This document shows, piece by piece, positions 31,401 to 42,094 of a stretch of 64,000 bases of DNA. Position 1 is the stretch's first letter; the number at the start of each line of letters is the position of its first letter. The translations under genes were made by a program, and so were the position numbers. The DNA comes from an uncultured Candidatus Binatia bacterium (GTDB lineage Bacteria > Desulfobacterota > Binatia > Bin18). The notes beneath the pieces were generated by a model. The model did not search any database and was not told where the DNA came from. It was given only the letters and a program-made list of their open reading frames with translations. Location: assembly GCA_965214605.1 (NCBI GenBank), contig OZ243961.1:2208001-2272000 (forward strand). The letters are read 5' to 3'.

Positions 31401-31679
31401 ATCACAACCTAAGGAGAAATATGCAGTCTATCCAGATCAAGAAGTGCGTCAAATGCGCAAGGATCCGTCATTCGCGCTTAGAAGAGGTCGCAAGAATAAC
31501 TGAGCGATACACTGAAAACATGGGAGCCCACGGTATTCTCCGGTCTCCAATGCCCGAGGTTCGCCTGATCCGACACGGCACAGTGACTCCACGCCACTCA
31601 GTTCTCCCCGAACTTCAGGAATACGGTCGGGGGAAAATCCGGGTTTACCCACGCTTATCTCCATTGGACGCCAGGACTC

Positions 31680-31959
31680 CCTGATGATAAGGCCTCGATG
31701 TGCTCATCGTCCGGCGTACCCGGTTTGGTCGGTGTGTCCCGGACTTCGATATTGTTTTTCAGACTCTGAACACGGACCCTGTCCAATTCGCCCCTCTGGA
31801 TAGAGCAGGCGACGCAGACGATCTTTTTGAATACGAGGGTTTTGCCCTGCGTATAGGCCCCCTAAAGCAGCGACCCGACGAAAGAGAACCGGAGATGAAC
31901 GCTGCCGGCATGAAGCGGTCGATGACGACCAAGGCGAGCAAACCGACTAGCTGTTTCAT
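31680..31959 (-). pseudogene. remnant of a small secreted protein
   Basis: RBS plus signal-like MKQLVGLLALVV; another frame gives YTQGKTLVFKKIVCVACSIQRGEL (CxxC). Confidence 0.3.
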
Positions 31960-32117
31960 TCTTCCCCTTTCCCCTCACAGAACCGTTGCATACCCACGCC
32001 GCATTCGGAGGAGCAGGGCGGTATGCCCTACGATACACGGGAAAATCCCCCAGGCTTCATCCTCGTTCCTCAACGACAGGACCGTTCGCTCGGGTTAAGA
32101 GTAGGTTCGATTGTTCA

Positions 32118-35100
32118 TTACGTATCGACCCAGCGCTCCAGGAGTGTTCTGGCCTGGTGCAGGTCGGGGGTTTCAAGTCCGGGATCAAACCACCTATATA
32201 CCTCAGCGACCAGCTGCCGCGCCTCAGCCGCCCTGTCCTGCGTTTGCCACAACCGACCAAGACTCATCGCTGCCCGTAGCTCCAAAGACTTGGCCGCCTG
32301 ACGGCGAGCAATATCGATCGCGCGCTGAAAACATGCTTCGGCGGTGGACGTATGAAGGCCGCGGTGGGTGACCTTTCGTCCTTCGATTTCCTGTGTCAGC
32401 AGCCCCTCCCCTTTGCGCCGGTACAGCTCGGCCTCATAAAAGCGTTCCCCGTGTTCCTCAACCGTCCGTAAGGCTTCGTCCAGACTATCTATCCCGTCGG
32501 CCACACGTCCGTTGCGTTGCTGGACCTCTGCCAATAGAGACAGAAAATACGGACGCAGCAGCTCCGAGCCGGTCGCACGCCAGGCGGCCAGCCCCTTTTG
32601 TAACCGCGCGAATCCGTCGCCGGTCGGCGTTTGCATTGCTGCTGCCCAGCTCTGAAACATCTGCCCCATTGCTAACCAGTGGGGAAAGCCCTGTTCCTGG
32701 GACACGGCTATGGCGGCCGTAGCTGCCTCATTGCTGGCCGACAGATCCCCCCGAATCTGGTGCAGCATAGCCGTCCAATTCTGGGCCGCAGCAAGACTGT
32801 GGAGGTGGGCGGTGCGTAACGCCTCTTCACACTGTCCTAGGGCCTGGTCAGGATAGCCGAGCAGCCACAGGGTTAGGGCATTGTACAATAGGCACACTAC
32901 CTTGGGGTCAGAGCCATAGCGAAAGGCCAGAGTGTGGTGGGTGTCGGGCTGGTAGAGCGCAATCGCGTGTTCAAGATGCTCGCGGGCGAGGCCAAACTCC
33001 CCTAGCCAGAATAAAGTGTTGCCGCACGCCCGGTGGACTTCGATAAGCGAGGCCTGATCGGGCAGGCTGGAGGTCATCGACAGCAGCTGCTCGCCGAGTT
33101 CTCGGGCGGTTTGGAGTTCTCCGCGCATCTCAGAGACGACCCACAGCCCGCGCAGTGCGGAAAACGCGCGGGACGGCTGCCCAATCTGGTCTCCCAGCTC
33201 TTGCGCCCGGACATAGGTGTCTTTGACCTCTTGGTCAGCATAGCCCTTGGTCGCAATCAGCCCAGGTCCACGCGTGGTGTGAAACTCCAACTCCTGCTCG
33301 GCCCGCTCGGCTCCCTCGGGCAGGACTTTGAGCAGGGCCAACCCTTGTCCCAAGTGTTCGAGCGCTTCGACGTAGGCTGAGCGTTCAAATGCGCGTTGAC
33401 CAGCGCGTTTCCAGTAGCTGAGCGCCTCTTCCCGTAAACCCGCCTGGGTATAATGGTGGGCGATCAGTTCGGGCTGTGTCTCGACAGTCTCAGGAAAATG
33501 TTTCTCTAAAACACGGGCAATATGTGCGTGCAACTGGAGGCGGTCGCTTTTGAGCAGGGATTGATACGCCGCGTCCTGGATCAGGGCGTGTTTAAAGACC
33601 CAGCGGGTGTGCGGCGGCTCTCCCCTTTGGGATATAATCTCTGCGGCCCCCAGCTGTTCCAAGCCGTGCTGTAGCGCCTGGTCGTCGAGAGACCACACCA
33701 TCCGGATCACCTCGTGCGGAAAGGCGCGGCCCAGTGCGGCCCCCAGCTGGGCAACTTCTTTGGCCGGGCCGAGCCGATCAAGGCGGGCCATCAACAAGTC
33801 GCGCAGTGTCGTCGGAATAGTCAGTTTTGGCAGAGGGGACTCGGCAGACGAGGACTCGGTCTCCAGCACCATCTTGGTGAGTTCTTCTATAAATAGCGGA
33901 ATGCCGTCGGTCTTATCCAGAACCTGTTGGATAATGTCGGACGCTAAGCTCTGGTCGCCCGTCAGCTCGGCGATCAGCTGGGCGGCCTGGTGGCGTCCGA
34001 GGCGGGCCAGACTGAGATGTTTCATGTGCGGGCGCATGGCCCAGGCTGGCATAAAATCAGACCGAAAGGTCAAGACGACCAGGATACGAGCGCTGGGAGC
34101 CCTATCAATCAGGACTTGGAGCAGGTCTAAGGTCGAGGGGTCGGCCCACTGGATATCCTCCCACACGACCAGCAGAGGGCCTTGGGTGGCCTGATGCAGC
34201 AACCCGCTAACAATGGCCTCTTGGGTGCGCTGCTTTTGGCGCCGAGGGCTTCCCTGCCAGGCCGTGTAGCGATCATCGAGTGGGATGGACAGTAGCGCCG
34301 CGAGCAGAGGGATGACCTCTTGGCTACCAAAAGGGTGACTGGCCAACAAGGTTTCCAGCCTGGAGAGTTTATCGGCAGCCCGCTCCTCCCGCCATGCCTG
34401 GACCTGGCGCTGGAAATACTCGATCTGGGGATAGAAGGCACTGTGTTGGAAGTGGTCTGAGCATCGAAACTCGATCTCGCTACCGCCCTCAGATGGGAGG
34501 CGTTCCTTGAGTTCCTGCACCAAGCGAGATTTTCCGATTCCTGGTTCCCCGGTCATGAGTACCACTTGACCGGAACCGTTTTTGGCCTTGTACCAACTGT
34601 CGAGCAGTACCTCCAGAGTCTCCTGTCGGCCAACCATGGGCGACAGACCGCGCCGAACCGCGACCCGAAAGCGGTCCCATACCCCACTTTCGCGGATGAC
34701 TTGATACACCGCAATTGGCTTAGACAGACCGCGTAGCGGACGTTCGCCAAGCGCCCGCCACTCACACAACCCCTCAACCAGGCGGGCCGTTGCCCCGCTG
34801 ATAACAACTGTATCAGGATGGGCCAGATTTTGCAGACGCGCCGCAATATTCGGGGTCTCGCCCAGCGCCAGCCGTTCGTGCCGACCGCCGCCTCCCATCT
34901 CACCGACCACCACCTGGCCGGTATGAATACCGACCCGCACCCGTACCGGCTGGGCGGCCTGCTTGAGCAGGGGCGAAGTTTGAACTGTCTCAACGATACG
35001 CAGGCCGGATCGCACGGCTTGGATCGCGTCGTCCTCGTGGGCGACTGGATGACCAAAATAGACCAGCAGCCCATCACCTAGGTATTGGGCAATGTAGCCG

Positions 35101-35342
35101 TCAAAGGCGACGACCACTTCTGCGCAAAGCTGCTGGTAGGTTCGGACAACATCGCGCAGCTCCTCCGGGTCCAGCTGTTCGGCAAGGCGGGTTGAACCCA
35201 CCACATCGCAGAACAGCACGGTCAGCTGACGCCGCTCGGCCGCAGGGCCGACCGTCCCGGACACGGGAGACAGGGCGGTTCCGCATTCATCACAAAACTT
35301 GGCCGCCGAGCGATTTCGAGTTCCGCAGCGGAGACAGCGCAT
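32118..35342 (-). CDS. adenylate/guanylate cyclase with zinc ribbon, AAA/STAND ATPase and TPR domains
   Basis: CLRC..CDEC, ERRQLTVLFCDVVGST, YLGDG, GETPNIAARLQ, GEPGIGKSRL, FKHALIQDAAYQSLL, C-terminal TPRs. Confidence 0.93.
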   Translation of the reverse strand: MRCLRCGTRNRSAAKFCDECGTALSPVSGTVGPAAERRQLTVLFCDVVGSTRLAEQLDPEELRDVVRTYQQLCAEVVVAFDGYIAQYLGDGLLVYFGHPVAHEDDAIQAVRSGLRIVETVQTSPLLKQAAQPVRVRVGIHTGQVVVGEMGGGGRHERLALGETPNIAARLQNLAHPDTVVISGATARLVEGLCEWRALGERPLRGLSKPIAVYQVIRESGVWDRFRVAVRRGLSPMVGRQETLEVLLDSWYKAKNGSGQVVLMTGEPGIGKSRLVQELKERLPSEGGSEIEFRCSDHFQHSAFYPQIEYFQRQVQAWREERAADKLSRLETLLASHPFGSQEVIPLLAALLSIPLDDRYTAWQGSPRRQKQRTQEAIVSGLLHQATQGPLLVVWEDIQWADPSTLDLLQVLIDRAPSARILVVLTFRSDFMPAWAMRPHMKHLSLARLGRHQAAQLIAELTGDQSLASDIIQQVLDKTDGIPLFIEELTKMVLETESSSAESPLPKLTIPTTLRDLLMARLDRLGPAKEVAQLGAALGRAFPHEVIRMVWSLDDQALQHGLEQLGAAEIISQRGEPPHTRWVFKHALIQDAAYQSLLKSDRLQLHAHIARVLEKHFPETVETQPELIAHHYTQAGLREEALSYWKRAGQRAFERSAYVEALEHLGQGLALLKVLPEGAERAEQELEFHTTRGPGLIATKGYADQEVKDTYVRAQELGDQIGQPSRAFSALRGLWVVSEMRGELQTARELGEQLLSMTSSLPDQASLIEVHRACGNTLFWLGEFGLAREHLEHAIALYQPDTHHTLAFRYGSDPKVVCLLYNALTLWLLGYPDQALGQCEEALRTAHLHSLAAAQNWTAMLHQIRGDLSASNEAATAAIAVSQEQGFPHWLAMGQMFQSWAAAMQTPTGDGFARLQKGLAAWRATGSELLRPYFLSLLAEVQQRNGRVADGIDSLDEALRTVEEHGERFYEAELYRRKGEGLLTQEIEGRKVTHRGLHTSTAEACFQRAIDIARRQAAKSLELRAAMSLGRLWQTQDRAAEARQLVAEVYRWFDPGLETPDLHQARTLLERWVDT

Positions 35343-35417
35343 ACGACCCTCTTCCCAAACGCGTTATGAGATCAAGGGGAACAATGATCTCTTCTTCATG
35401 CCAGTGGTCGCCATTGT

Positions 35418-36572
35418 TCACTTTGCAGGACTGAAAGACGCCGGAGCCAGAAAGCGAGGCAACGCGTAGGCCGTCAGCCCGAGTGAAACCGCCAACAAGA
35501 GAGCCGCCCCAAAAACGTGCAGCTGCTCGGTAACATAGCCACCCAGCCAAGGACCGAGGACAATGCCTATGCTGAAGGCAACATTATAGAAACCAAACGC
35601 CTTGCCAGCTTGGCCGTGGCTTAACCCATCTGCAATGAGGGGCATAGACGGGGCCAGGGCAGCCGACAGCGCGATGATTACACTCAGAGTCAGCACGAAG
35701 AACCATGCTGACTCTAAGGCCAAAAACAGGCTCGGAATCAGCAATGCCGCCGCAACCAGGCCCAGGACCATCGGTTCTTGGCGTCCGCGCCAGTCTGACC
35801 AGACGCCGATCAGCGGTTGAGCAATCAGAGCTGCTGCTCCCCAGGCGGTAAATAACAGGCCGATCTCGCGACGCGACCAGCCGATTTGGGAAAGCTCAAG
35901 CGGAAGGAGCATCTCAATCGCGCCCAGCGCCGCGCAGGAGACTAAAATGACCAAACACGCGCTTGTTAGACGCGACGAGAGGAGTTGCTGCATAGCTGCC
36001 AACGACAGAGGAGCGTCGGGCTCGGCCGTCGTTACGCGAGCCGGGATAATAAAAAAGGCCAGAACGGCCAGGACAAAGGGGAGGACGGCAAAATACCCAA
36101 ACGGCTCACGGGCTTGGCCAAAACTGCCCAGGAGCGGTCCCCCAATCGTCCCCAAACTAAAGGCGATAGGCACGACACTCATTTCCAGGCCCCGTTGGTC
36201 CTTATCAGCCAGGCGGGCGGCCAACGGGAGAGTCGCCGCCCAGGTTGCCGAAGCGGCTGCCCCTTGGGCAAGCCGACACACCAGCAAAGGCCAAAAGCCC
36301 GAGGCCACCGAAAACGCGACTGAGGTCAGGCCCAGCACCAACATTCCAACCGTTAACCACAGACGCTCTCCGACCCGATCGACCGCATAGCCAAAGGGCA
36401 GATAGAGCATGAGGGAGATCAGCCCATACGAGGCGTAAAAGAGACCTGCCCAGGTTTCGGTCAGCCCCAGTTCCTGTACCATGGTTGGCAGGACAGGGAT
36501 AATCAGAGTATAGCCGACCGAGTCGGCAAACATGATGGCGGCGGCAATACCTAAGACGAACCAGCGTGACAT
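35418..36572 (-). CDS. MFS transporter
   Basis: About 12 hydrophobic segments, GYAVDRVGER and GVWSDWRGRQ MFS motifs. Confidence 0.9.
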   Translation of the reverse strand: MSRWFVLGIAAAIMFADSVGYTLIIPVLPTMVQELGLTETWAGLFYASYGLISLMLYLPFGYAVDRVGERLWLTVGMLVLGLTSVAFSVASGFWPLLVCRLAQGAAASATWAATLPLAARLADKDQRGLEMSVVPIAFSLGTIGGPLLGSFGQAREPFGYFAVLPFVLAVLAFFIIPARVTTAEPDAPLSLAAMQQLLSSRLTSACLVILVSCAALGAIEMLLPLELSQIGWSRREIGLLFTAWGAAALIAQPLIGVWSDWRGRQEPMVLGLVAAALLIPSLFLALESAWFFVLTLSVIIALSAALAPSMPLIADGLSHGQAGKAFGFYNVAFSIGIVLGPWLGGYVTEQLHVFGAALLLAVSLGLTAYALPRFLAPASFSPAK

Positions 36573-36799
36573 CGTACGCGTTCCCTTTGCCCGCCAAGGG
36601 CAAGAGGTCGAACCATCCTCAGCCATATGCCTTTTACTAACGTTCGGCAATGGTGGGCAGGTCAGCCGGCCGTCTATGTGGTCCGGGCCTCCGGCTATCG
36701 CCAGAGTATGATGTCGACTTGGCACAACAAGGAACGTCCTCAGCCTTGCCAGCCGAACGGCGGCATGCCTATATCCATATCGCAGGAGGAGGATTTAGC

Positions 36800-37561
36800 A
36801 TGGAAGGCTTACTGAGCGGAAAAGTCGCGTTAGTCACAGGTGGCGGCTCGGGTATCGGCCGGGCGGCAGCCCTCACGTTTGCCCGGGAAGGAGCTAGGGT
36901 TGTTGTTTCCGATGTGGTGGCCGAGGCCGGCCAAGAGACGGTGCGGCTGATAGGCGAGGCGGGGGGTGAGGCGCGTTTTGTGGCTGCGGATGTGTCACGG
37001 GCGGCCGAGGTTGAGGCCCTGGTCGCCGGCTGTGTTGACGCCTACGGCGGACTCGACTGCGCCTATAATAACGCCGGCATTGAGGGGCCAGGGGCACAAA
37101 CGGTTGACTATGATGAGGCCGCTTGGGAACGGGTAATTGCGATTAACCTGACCGGGGTGTGGTTGTGCATGAAGTATGAGATTCCTGAGATGTTGAAACA
37201 TGGCGGCGGAGCCATCGTGAATACTTCGTCGGCAGCCGGCCTAGTGGGGTTTCGGGGCGGCTCAGCCTACGTCGCCAGCAAACACGGGGTGCTTGGTCTG
37301 ACAAAAACCGCTGCCCTGGAGTATGCAAAATCAAGCCTGCGGATCAATGCCGTGTGTCCCGGCGCAGTTGATACCCCAATGATGGGCCGCATCACCGGCC
37401 ACAAATCGCACCGGGCCGAGCGTATGGCGGCCAGCGAGCCGGTCGGGCGTATGGGCAGTCCCCAAGAAATTGCCGAGGCGGTGATGTGGTTGTGCTCCGA
37501 CGCCGCCTCGTTCGTGACCGGACACGCGATGGCGGTCGATGGCGGGATGGTCGCGCAGTAA
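36800..37561 (+). CDS. SDR family oxidoreductase
   Basis: TGGGSGIG, NNAG, YVASK, INAVCPG; AGGAGG RBS. Confidence 0.95.
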   Translation: MEGLLSGKVALVTGGGSGIGRAAALTFAREGARVVVSDVVAEAGQETVRLIGEAGGEARFVAADVSRAAEVEALVAGCVDAYGGLDCAYNNAGIEGPGAQTVDYDEAAWERVIAINLTGVWLCMKYEIPEMLKHGGGAIVNTSSAAGLVGFRGGSAYVASKHGVLGLTKTAALEYAKSSLRINAVCPGAVDTPMMGRITGHKSHRAERMAASEPVGRMGSPQEIAEAVMWLCSDAASFVTGHAMAVDGGMVAQ

Positions 37562-37569
37562 ACAGGTCC

Positions 37570-38373
37570 CTACCTCTGGGCCTGAAGCACCAGCGTCGCA
37601 CAGCCGAGCGCCCAACAGTAGTAGGCGAACGGCGAAAGGCTCCGGGCCCGGGTCAGGCGGATCAGCAGCGGAATGCTAGCGTAACCGACCCCGGCCGCGA
37701 CCAAGGTTCCGAGCGTATAGGACACCACGTCAAGCCTGTTGATGACTTCTTCCCAGTGCGACACGAGCTGTAAGACAAACGCACCGCCCACCGCGGGAAT
37801 TGACAACAAAAACGAATAGCGGACCAACAGCTCACGCTCCAGGCCGAGGAATATTCCGGTTGCAATCGTGCTCCCCGACCGAGATAAACCCGGAATAAGA
37901 GCAAAGCCCTGAGCGAGCCCGATCAGCATTGAGTCACGCACACACATCTCGGTCCGGCCCGGCGGCGGCACCCGGTCGGTGGTAAATAAGAGACCGCCTG
38001 TGACCAGCAGGGCCAGGCTGGCACTGTATGGATCGCTAAACAGAGCTTCAAGGTGTTCACGCAGGCTGAGACCGATGAGCAGAGTCGGGACTGAGCCGGT
38101 TATCAGCAGCCACAGCAGACGCCGGGAAGCCGCGGCCTGAGGATGGTGGGAAGAGACGCACGAGACCGCCAAGAGATACAAGTCGTGCCGAAAATAGATG
38201 CACACCGCCCCCAGGGTGCCCAGATGCAGGGCTGCGTCCAGTAACACGCCTGGTTGAGAGAAGCCCGGAATACAGGTCTGGGCCACCACAAGATGGCCCG
38301 AACTACTGACCGGAAGGAATTCGGTCAAGCCCTGCAGTAGGCCGAGCAACACCACCGGCAGGCTGAAGCCCAC
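37570..38373 (-). CDS. uppP: undecaprenyl-diphosphate phosphatase
   Basis: QGLTEFLPVSSSGHL, PGLSRSGSTI, SFLLSIP. Confidence 0.95.
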   Translation of the reverse strand: MGFSLPVVLLGLLQGLTEFLPVSSSGHLVVAQTCIPGFSQPGVLLDAALHLGTLGAVCIYFRHDLYLLAVSCVSSHHPQAAASRRLLWLLITGSVPTLLIGLSLREHLEALFSDPYSASLALLVTGGLLFTTDRVPPPGRTEMCVRDSMLIGLAQGFALIPGLSRSGSTIATGIFLGLERELLVRYSFLLSIPAVGGAFVLQLVSHWEEVINRLDVVSYTLGTLVAAGVGYASIPLLIRLTRARSLSPFAYYCWALGCATLVLQAQR

Positions 38374-38399
38374 AGCCCTTCCCCCCTCAAGTGGAATTT

Positions 38400-39620
38400 T
38401 TAGACCGAAAAGATATGGATAGAAGCCGCGGCGTTCTCTCCACCAAGCACCCCACCCCCATTTTCGGTCAGCCCCACCCGCGCGCCGGACACCTGGCGTT
38501 TATCGGCCTGGCCTCGTAGCTGCCAAAAGATTTCGGCTATCTGGGCCACCCCGGTGGCCCCCACCGGATGGCCCTTGGCCAACAGTCCACCGCTCGGATT
38601 GACCGGCAGCCGGCCCCCCAGAGAGGTGACGCCGTCGGCAATCAGTTGGCCACCCCCGCCAGCTTTGCACAGCCCCAGCTCTTCGTACACGAGTAGCTCA
38701 GCCGGTGCGGTTGCGTCGTGCACCTCAACCACGTCGAGTTCGTCCGGCCCAATCCCGGCCATAGTGTAGGCTTTGTCTGCCACCTTGGCCACGATACCGG
38801 GGGCATGTGGACCGTGCTCTTCGCTCGAGCCAAGCGTAGACGCTCTGACAAAGACTGGCTTGGACGACAGCTGGCGGGCTTTGTTGGCCGTGGTGACAAT
38901 GACCGCAGCCGCCCCATCACCGATCGGTGAACACATCATGCGGGTCAGCGGCTCGGCAATCAGCGGAGCCGCTAAGACTTCTTCGACTGTGCGCGGCGTC
39001 TGATACTGGGCGTGCGGATTCAGGCTCCCGTTGGTATGGTTTTTGGCCGCAATCTGCGCGTAGTGCTCTTTGGTCGTCCCATACTTGGCCATGTGGCGGC
39101 GGGCCAGATTGGCGTAAAAGTCCATAAATACGCTGCGCGACTCCCCCGCTCCGGCACTCTGCTCTCCGCTCATTTCACGCGCAAACGCCTCGGCCTGTTC
39201 GAGATCGATGGCGCTACCAATGGCCTCAAAGGTGCGCCGTTTTTCGGCGTGGAAGAGCTTCTCCATACCCAGCGCTAAGACCGTGTCATACATTCCCGAG
39301 GCGACGTACAACCAGGCCAGATGAAAAGCGGTTGACGAACTCGCACACGCGTTTTCGGTATTAATTACCGGAATGCCGCCGATCCCCATATCGCGCAACA
39401 CCACCTGGCCACGAATACACTCCTGGCCGGTGACCAAGCCGGCCACCGCGTTGCCGACCGCGGCGGCTTGCAGCTCATGCTGTTCGACACCGGCTGTGCG
39501 CAGCGCGTGTTCCACAGCTTCCCGAGCCAGGTTTTTCATACTCCGATTAATATATTTCCCAAAACGGGTCATGCCTGCGCCAATGACCGCGACCTCTCGC
39601 ATACGCACCTCCTCTGTCAC
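38400..39620 (-). CDS. thiolase family (SCP2-type) protein
   Basis: ENACASSSTA, CSPIGDGAAA, EVHDA, NPSGGLLAKGHPVGATG. Confidence 0.93.
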   Translation of the reverse strand: MTEEVRMREVAVIGAGMTRFGKYINRSMKNLAREAVEHALRTAGVEQHELQAAAVGNAVAGLVTGQECIRGQVVLRDMGIGGIPVINTENACASSSTAFHLAWLYVASGMYDTVLALGMEKLFHAEKRRTFEAIGSAIDLEQAEAFAREMSGEQSAGAGESRSVFMDFYANLARRHMAKYGTTKEHYAQIAAKNHTNGSLNPHAQYQTPRTVEEVLAAPLIAEPLTRMMCSPIGDGAAAVIVTTANKARQLSSKPVFVRASTLGSSEEHGPHAPGIVAKVADKAYTMAGIGPDELDVVEVHDATAPAELLVYEELGLCKAGGGGQLIADGVTSLGGRLPVNPSGGLLAKGHPVGATGVAQIAEIFWQLRGQADKRQVSGARVGLTENGGGVLGGENAAASIHIFSV

Positions 39621-39710
39621 GGAATAATCTGCTCAGTATTCGCCAATCAGCTCCAACATGCTAGGCTGAGTAGTCTAGCAGGCAGGACACCAAAGGCAAA
39701 GGAGACTGGC

Positions 39711-39941
39711 ATGGAAGACGCACTGGCGGTAATGGGGAATTGGATCGGCTTACTCAAGGCTGCCAAGTTTGCCGTGACCGAGGTCAACCGCGACTGTGAG
39801 GAGCGCGTCGCCGCCGGGAGTGCAGAAGCCGAAGACGAGTTCCGTCACGACCTAGATACGGTCTTTGAAGCCCTGAGTGCCCTAATCGTCCGCTTAGAGG
39901 AGCAAACAGAAATCTTGGAAGACGAGTTAGAGGAGGAATGA
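39711..39941 (+). CDS. small acidic helical hypothetical protein
   Basis: AAGGAG RBS, 76 aa, divergent from the thiolase gene. Confidence 0.6.
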   Translation: MEDALAVMGNWIGLLKAAKFAVTEVNRDCEERVAAGSAEAEDEFRHDLDTVFEALSALIVRLEEQTEILEDELEEE

Positions 39942-39998
39942 GGTCACGACTGCCGGTGATTCTCTATTCCTTGGACGACTTGCGTGTGGATCGCGGCC

Positions 39999-40931
39999 TC
40001 AATCCTGCCAGCGCAGCAGGCGAAAGCGTCCGGTTCCAATCCGTTCGACAACGCCCGCCACCCGTCGCGTCACCTTACTTGCATTCAGGGACCCCACACT
40101 CTCAATCGTCATCATGGTCGGTGGACTTAAACTTCCTGGACTCTGACCATAGGCGACTAGCAGGCTTGCCGCGTCGGGCCCGGACATCTCGGCCCGCTGC
40201 CGGGCAAGCTGCTCGGCTTCCTCGACTCCAACGCCTAAAATCGTCTGCAAGACCAGCGGACCGGCCGTCATCAGGTTGACCCTCCCTGCCCCATACACCG
40301 TGAAGACCTCAGCCAAAACGTGCTCGTACAACTGGGAGCTGACCCCGCGTACCAGCAGCAGTTCGTCCGGGGTATCAAACGGGCCGTCCTTGGCCGGGTA
40401 GGACAGCGGCAAGCTTAAGTAATAGTCACTTTCGACCCCGTTTAAGCGCTCTAAAGGATCTGGGTCGCGCCAGTCCAAAATAGCGTCGGCCAACTCCTGC
40501 CCCTGTTCGGGCTCAAAGTCAAGGTGGGTAAAAACCTCCCGTAGGACAGCCTCCTCAACAGTGTTTATATTGATCTTGCCGCTCTCATCGCTGACCCGGA
40601 CTCGATACCCACCTGCGCCAAATGCTTCGCTGACCCAGCGGCCGTCCCCCCGTAGCCATATTCCGACCGGATCAACCTGAGCCGACGGATCAAGCGCCTC
40701 CGGAGTATTCGCAACATCCTCTCCCAGCTGAACCGCCTGCAGGACAGCATGCAGTGCCCGATGAAAGCCAGCCTGGGCCAGATAATACGCCTGGATTTCC
40801 CGCTCATGGGTTAGGGCTGTCAGCGCCTCAATCCGCATCGTGTGTGAGAGCTCGAAGGACAACACCATCAGCGCCATCAGCGCCCACAACACAACGACTA
40901 GGATGAAGCCCCGCTCGTTTTTCATGCGCAT
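39999..40931 (-). CDS. gspK: type II secretion minor pseudopilin K
   Basis: ERGFILVVVLW, DESGKININ, ADAILDWRD, ELLLVRGV. Confidence 0.9.
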   Translation of the reverse strand: MRMKNERGFILVVVLWALMALMVLSFELSHTMRIEALTALTHEREIQAYYLAQAGFHRALHAVLQAVQLGEDVANTPEALDPSAQVDPVGIWLRGDGRWVSEAFGAGGYRVRVSDESGKININTVEEAVLREVFTHLDFEPEQGQELADAILDWRDPDPLERLNGVESDYYLSLPLSYPAKDGPFDTPDELLLVRGVSSQLYEHVLAEVFTVYGAGRVNLMTAGPLVLQTILGVGVEEAEQLARQRAEMSGPDAASLLVAYGQSPGSLSPPTMMTIESVGSLNASKVTRRVAGVVERIGTGRFRLLRWQD

Positions 40932-40939
40932 TCCCGCCT

Positions 40940-41596
40940 CTACCGCTGGGGACTCGCCCGCAGCTCAGAGGGAGCGGTGCGAACCTGAATCGGAACCTCC
41001 AACTGCCAGTCCAGGGGCAGCTGGCCGAGCTGGGCGCGCCAAACGCAGCGGATTGCCCTGGGCAAACGACGATACTCTTGGCCATCCCATTCGTCGGTCC
41101 ACTCTTGTTGGGCCTGGATCTGCCCGAAATAGCTCCAACTCAGCTCTTCCACCTGGGAAAGAAGCCGAGTTTCCTGCACCACACCGCCCTCAACATCGTC
41201 TATCAAGTCGGCGGGCAAGACGGGAGCAGTAGTGCGCACCCACAGGCTGACATTCCCGTCTTCTTCTTTGAGGAAATACGTAATTTTACTCAGCCCGCCA
41301 ACTTCGGCTCGCCCGTCTCCAGAGATAAAACTCAGTTCCTGAGATCCGCCAAAAAAATAGACAATAGTCTCATCTTCGACCTGGAGGGTGAGCGGATAGG
41401 CCGATTTGAGCTGACGGGTCAGGAGCGACAGCGCCGCCCGAGCGCGTTGATTATCAAACGCCCGCGTTGTTCCCCGCACGGCAGATTCGGCTCCGATATT
41501 GAGAGCAGCGTAGACCGCCACAATGATCAGGCTAAAGATGGTCAGGCTGATCATCAGCTCTAGGAGGGTAAACCCACCTGCCGCCGAGCGCCTCAC
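40940..41596 (-). CDS. gspJ: type II secretion pseudopilin J-like
   Basis: GFTLLELMISL prepilin motif; position upstream of gspK. Confidence 0.8.
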   Translation of the reverse strand: MRRSAAGGFTLLELMISLTIFSLIIVAVYAALNIGAESAVRGTTRAFDNQRARAALSLLTRQLKSAYPLTLQVEDETIVYFFGGSQELSFISGDGRAEVGGLSKITYFLKEEDGNVSLWVRTTAPVLPADLIDDVEGGVVQETRLLSQVEELSWSYFGQIQAQQEWTDEWDGQEYRRLPRAIRCVWRAQLGQLPLDWQLEVPIQVRTAPSELRASPQR

Positions 41597-42087
41597 CGCT
41601 CCGGATCTCCGACCATATCTGTGTCCAACCCCGCCTCAATCTCTTCGGTGAGCGCGCGCAGAGAGCGCAGGACAAAGACTTTGGGCTGAGAATATTCCTG
41701 CCACCCGATCCGTACCTCAATCTCTTTGAGATGCAGAAAATCCCCAGGACTCTCCTCCGCGGAGCGCAGGTAGTCATCTGCGTCATCCGGAGAGATCTCC
41801 CGGACCCGGGCTTGCCAGGTATAGCCGTTGGGCAATGCTCCACCCTGTTCGCCATCTTCAAGGACGGCTTGGGCAAAGAGTCGATCCATCATATTTTGTC
41901 CATACAGCGCCGCCTGAGTGCGGTAGGAGGCTTTGCCGCCGAGCCGCACGCTCCCGGCAAAGAGTTCCAGGACGGTCACAAGACCAACCGCCAATATCAT
42001 CAGGGCGACCATAACTTCGAGCAGAGTGAAACCAGCCTGCGCGGGCGTCTGCCGAGCACTAGCCCGCGTGCAGCGTGACGTATCCAT
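41593..42087 (-). CDS. gspI: type II secretion pseudopilin I-like
   Basis: GFTLLEVMVALMIL prepilin motif; gene order. Confidence 0.8.
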   Translation of the reverse strand: MDTSRCTRASARQTPAQAGFTLLEVMVALMILAVGLVTVLELFAGSVRLGGKASYRTQAALYGQNMMDRLFAQAVLEDGEQGGALPNGYTWQARVREISPDDADDYLRSAEESPGDFLHLKEIEVRIGWQEYSQPKVFVLRSLRALTEEIEAGLDTDMVGDPER

Positions 42088-42094
42088 ACCGAAC

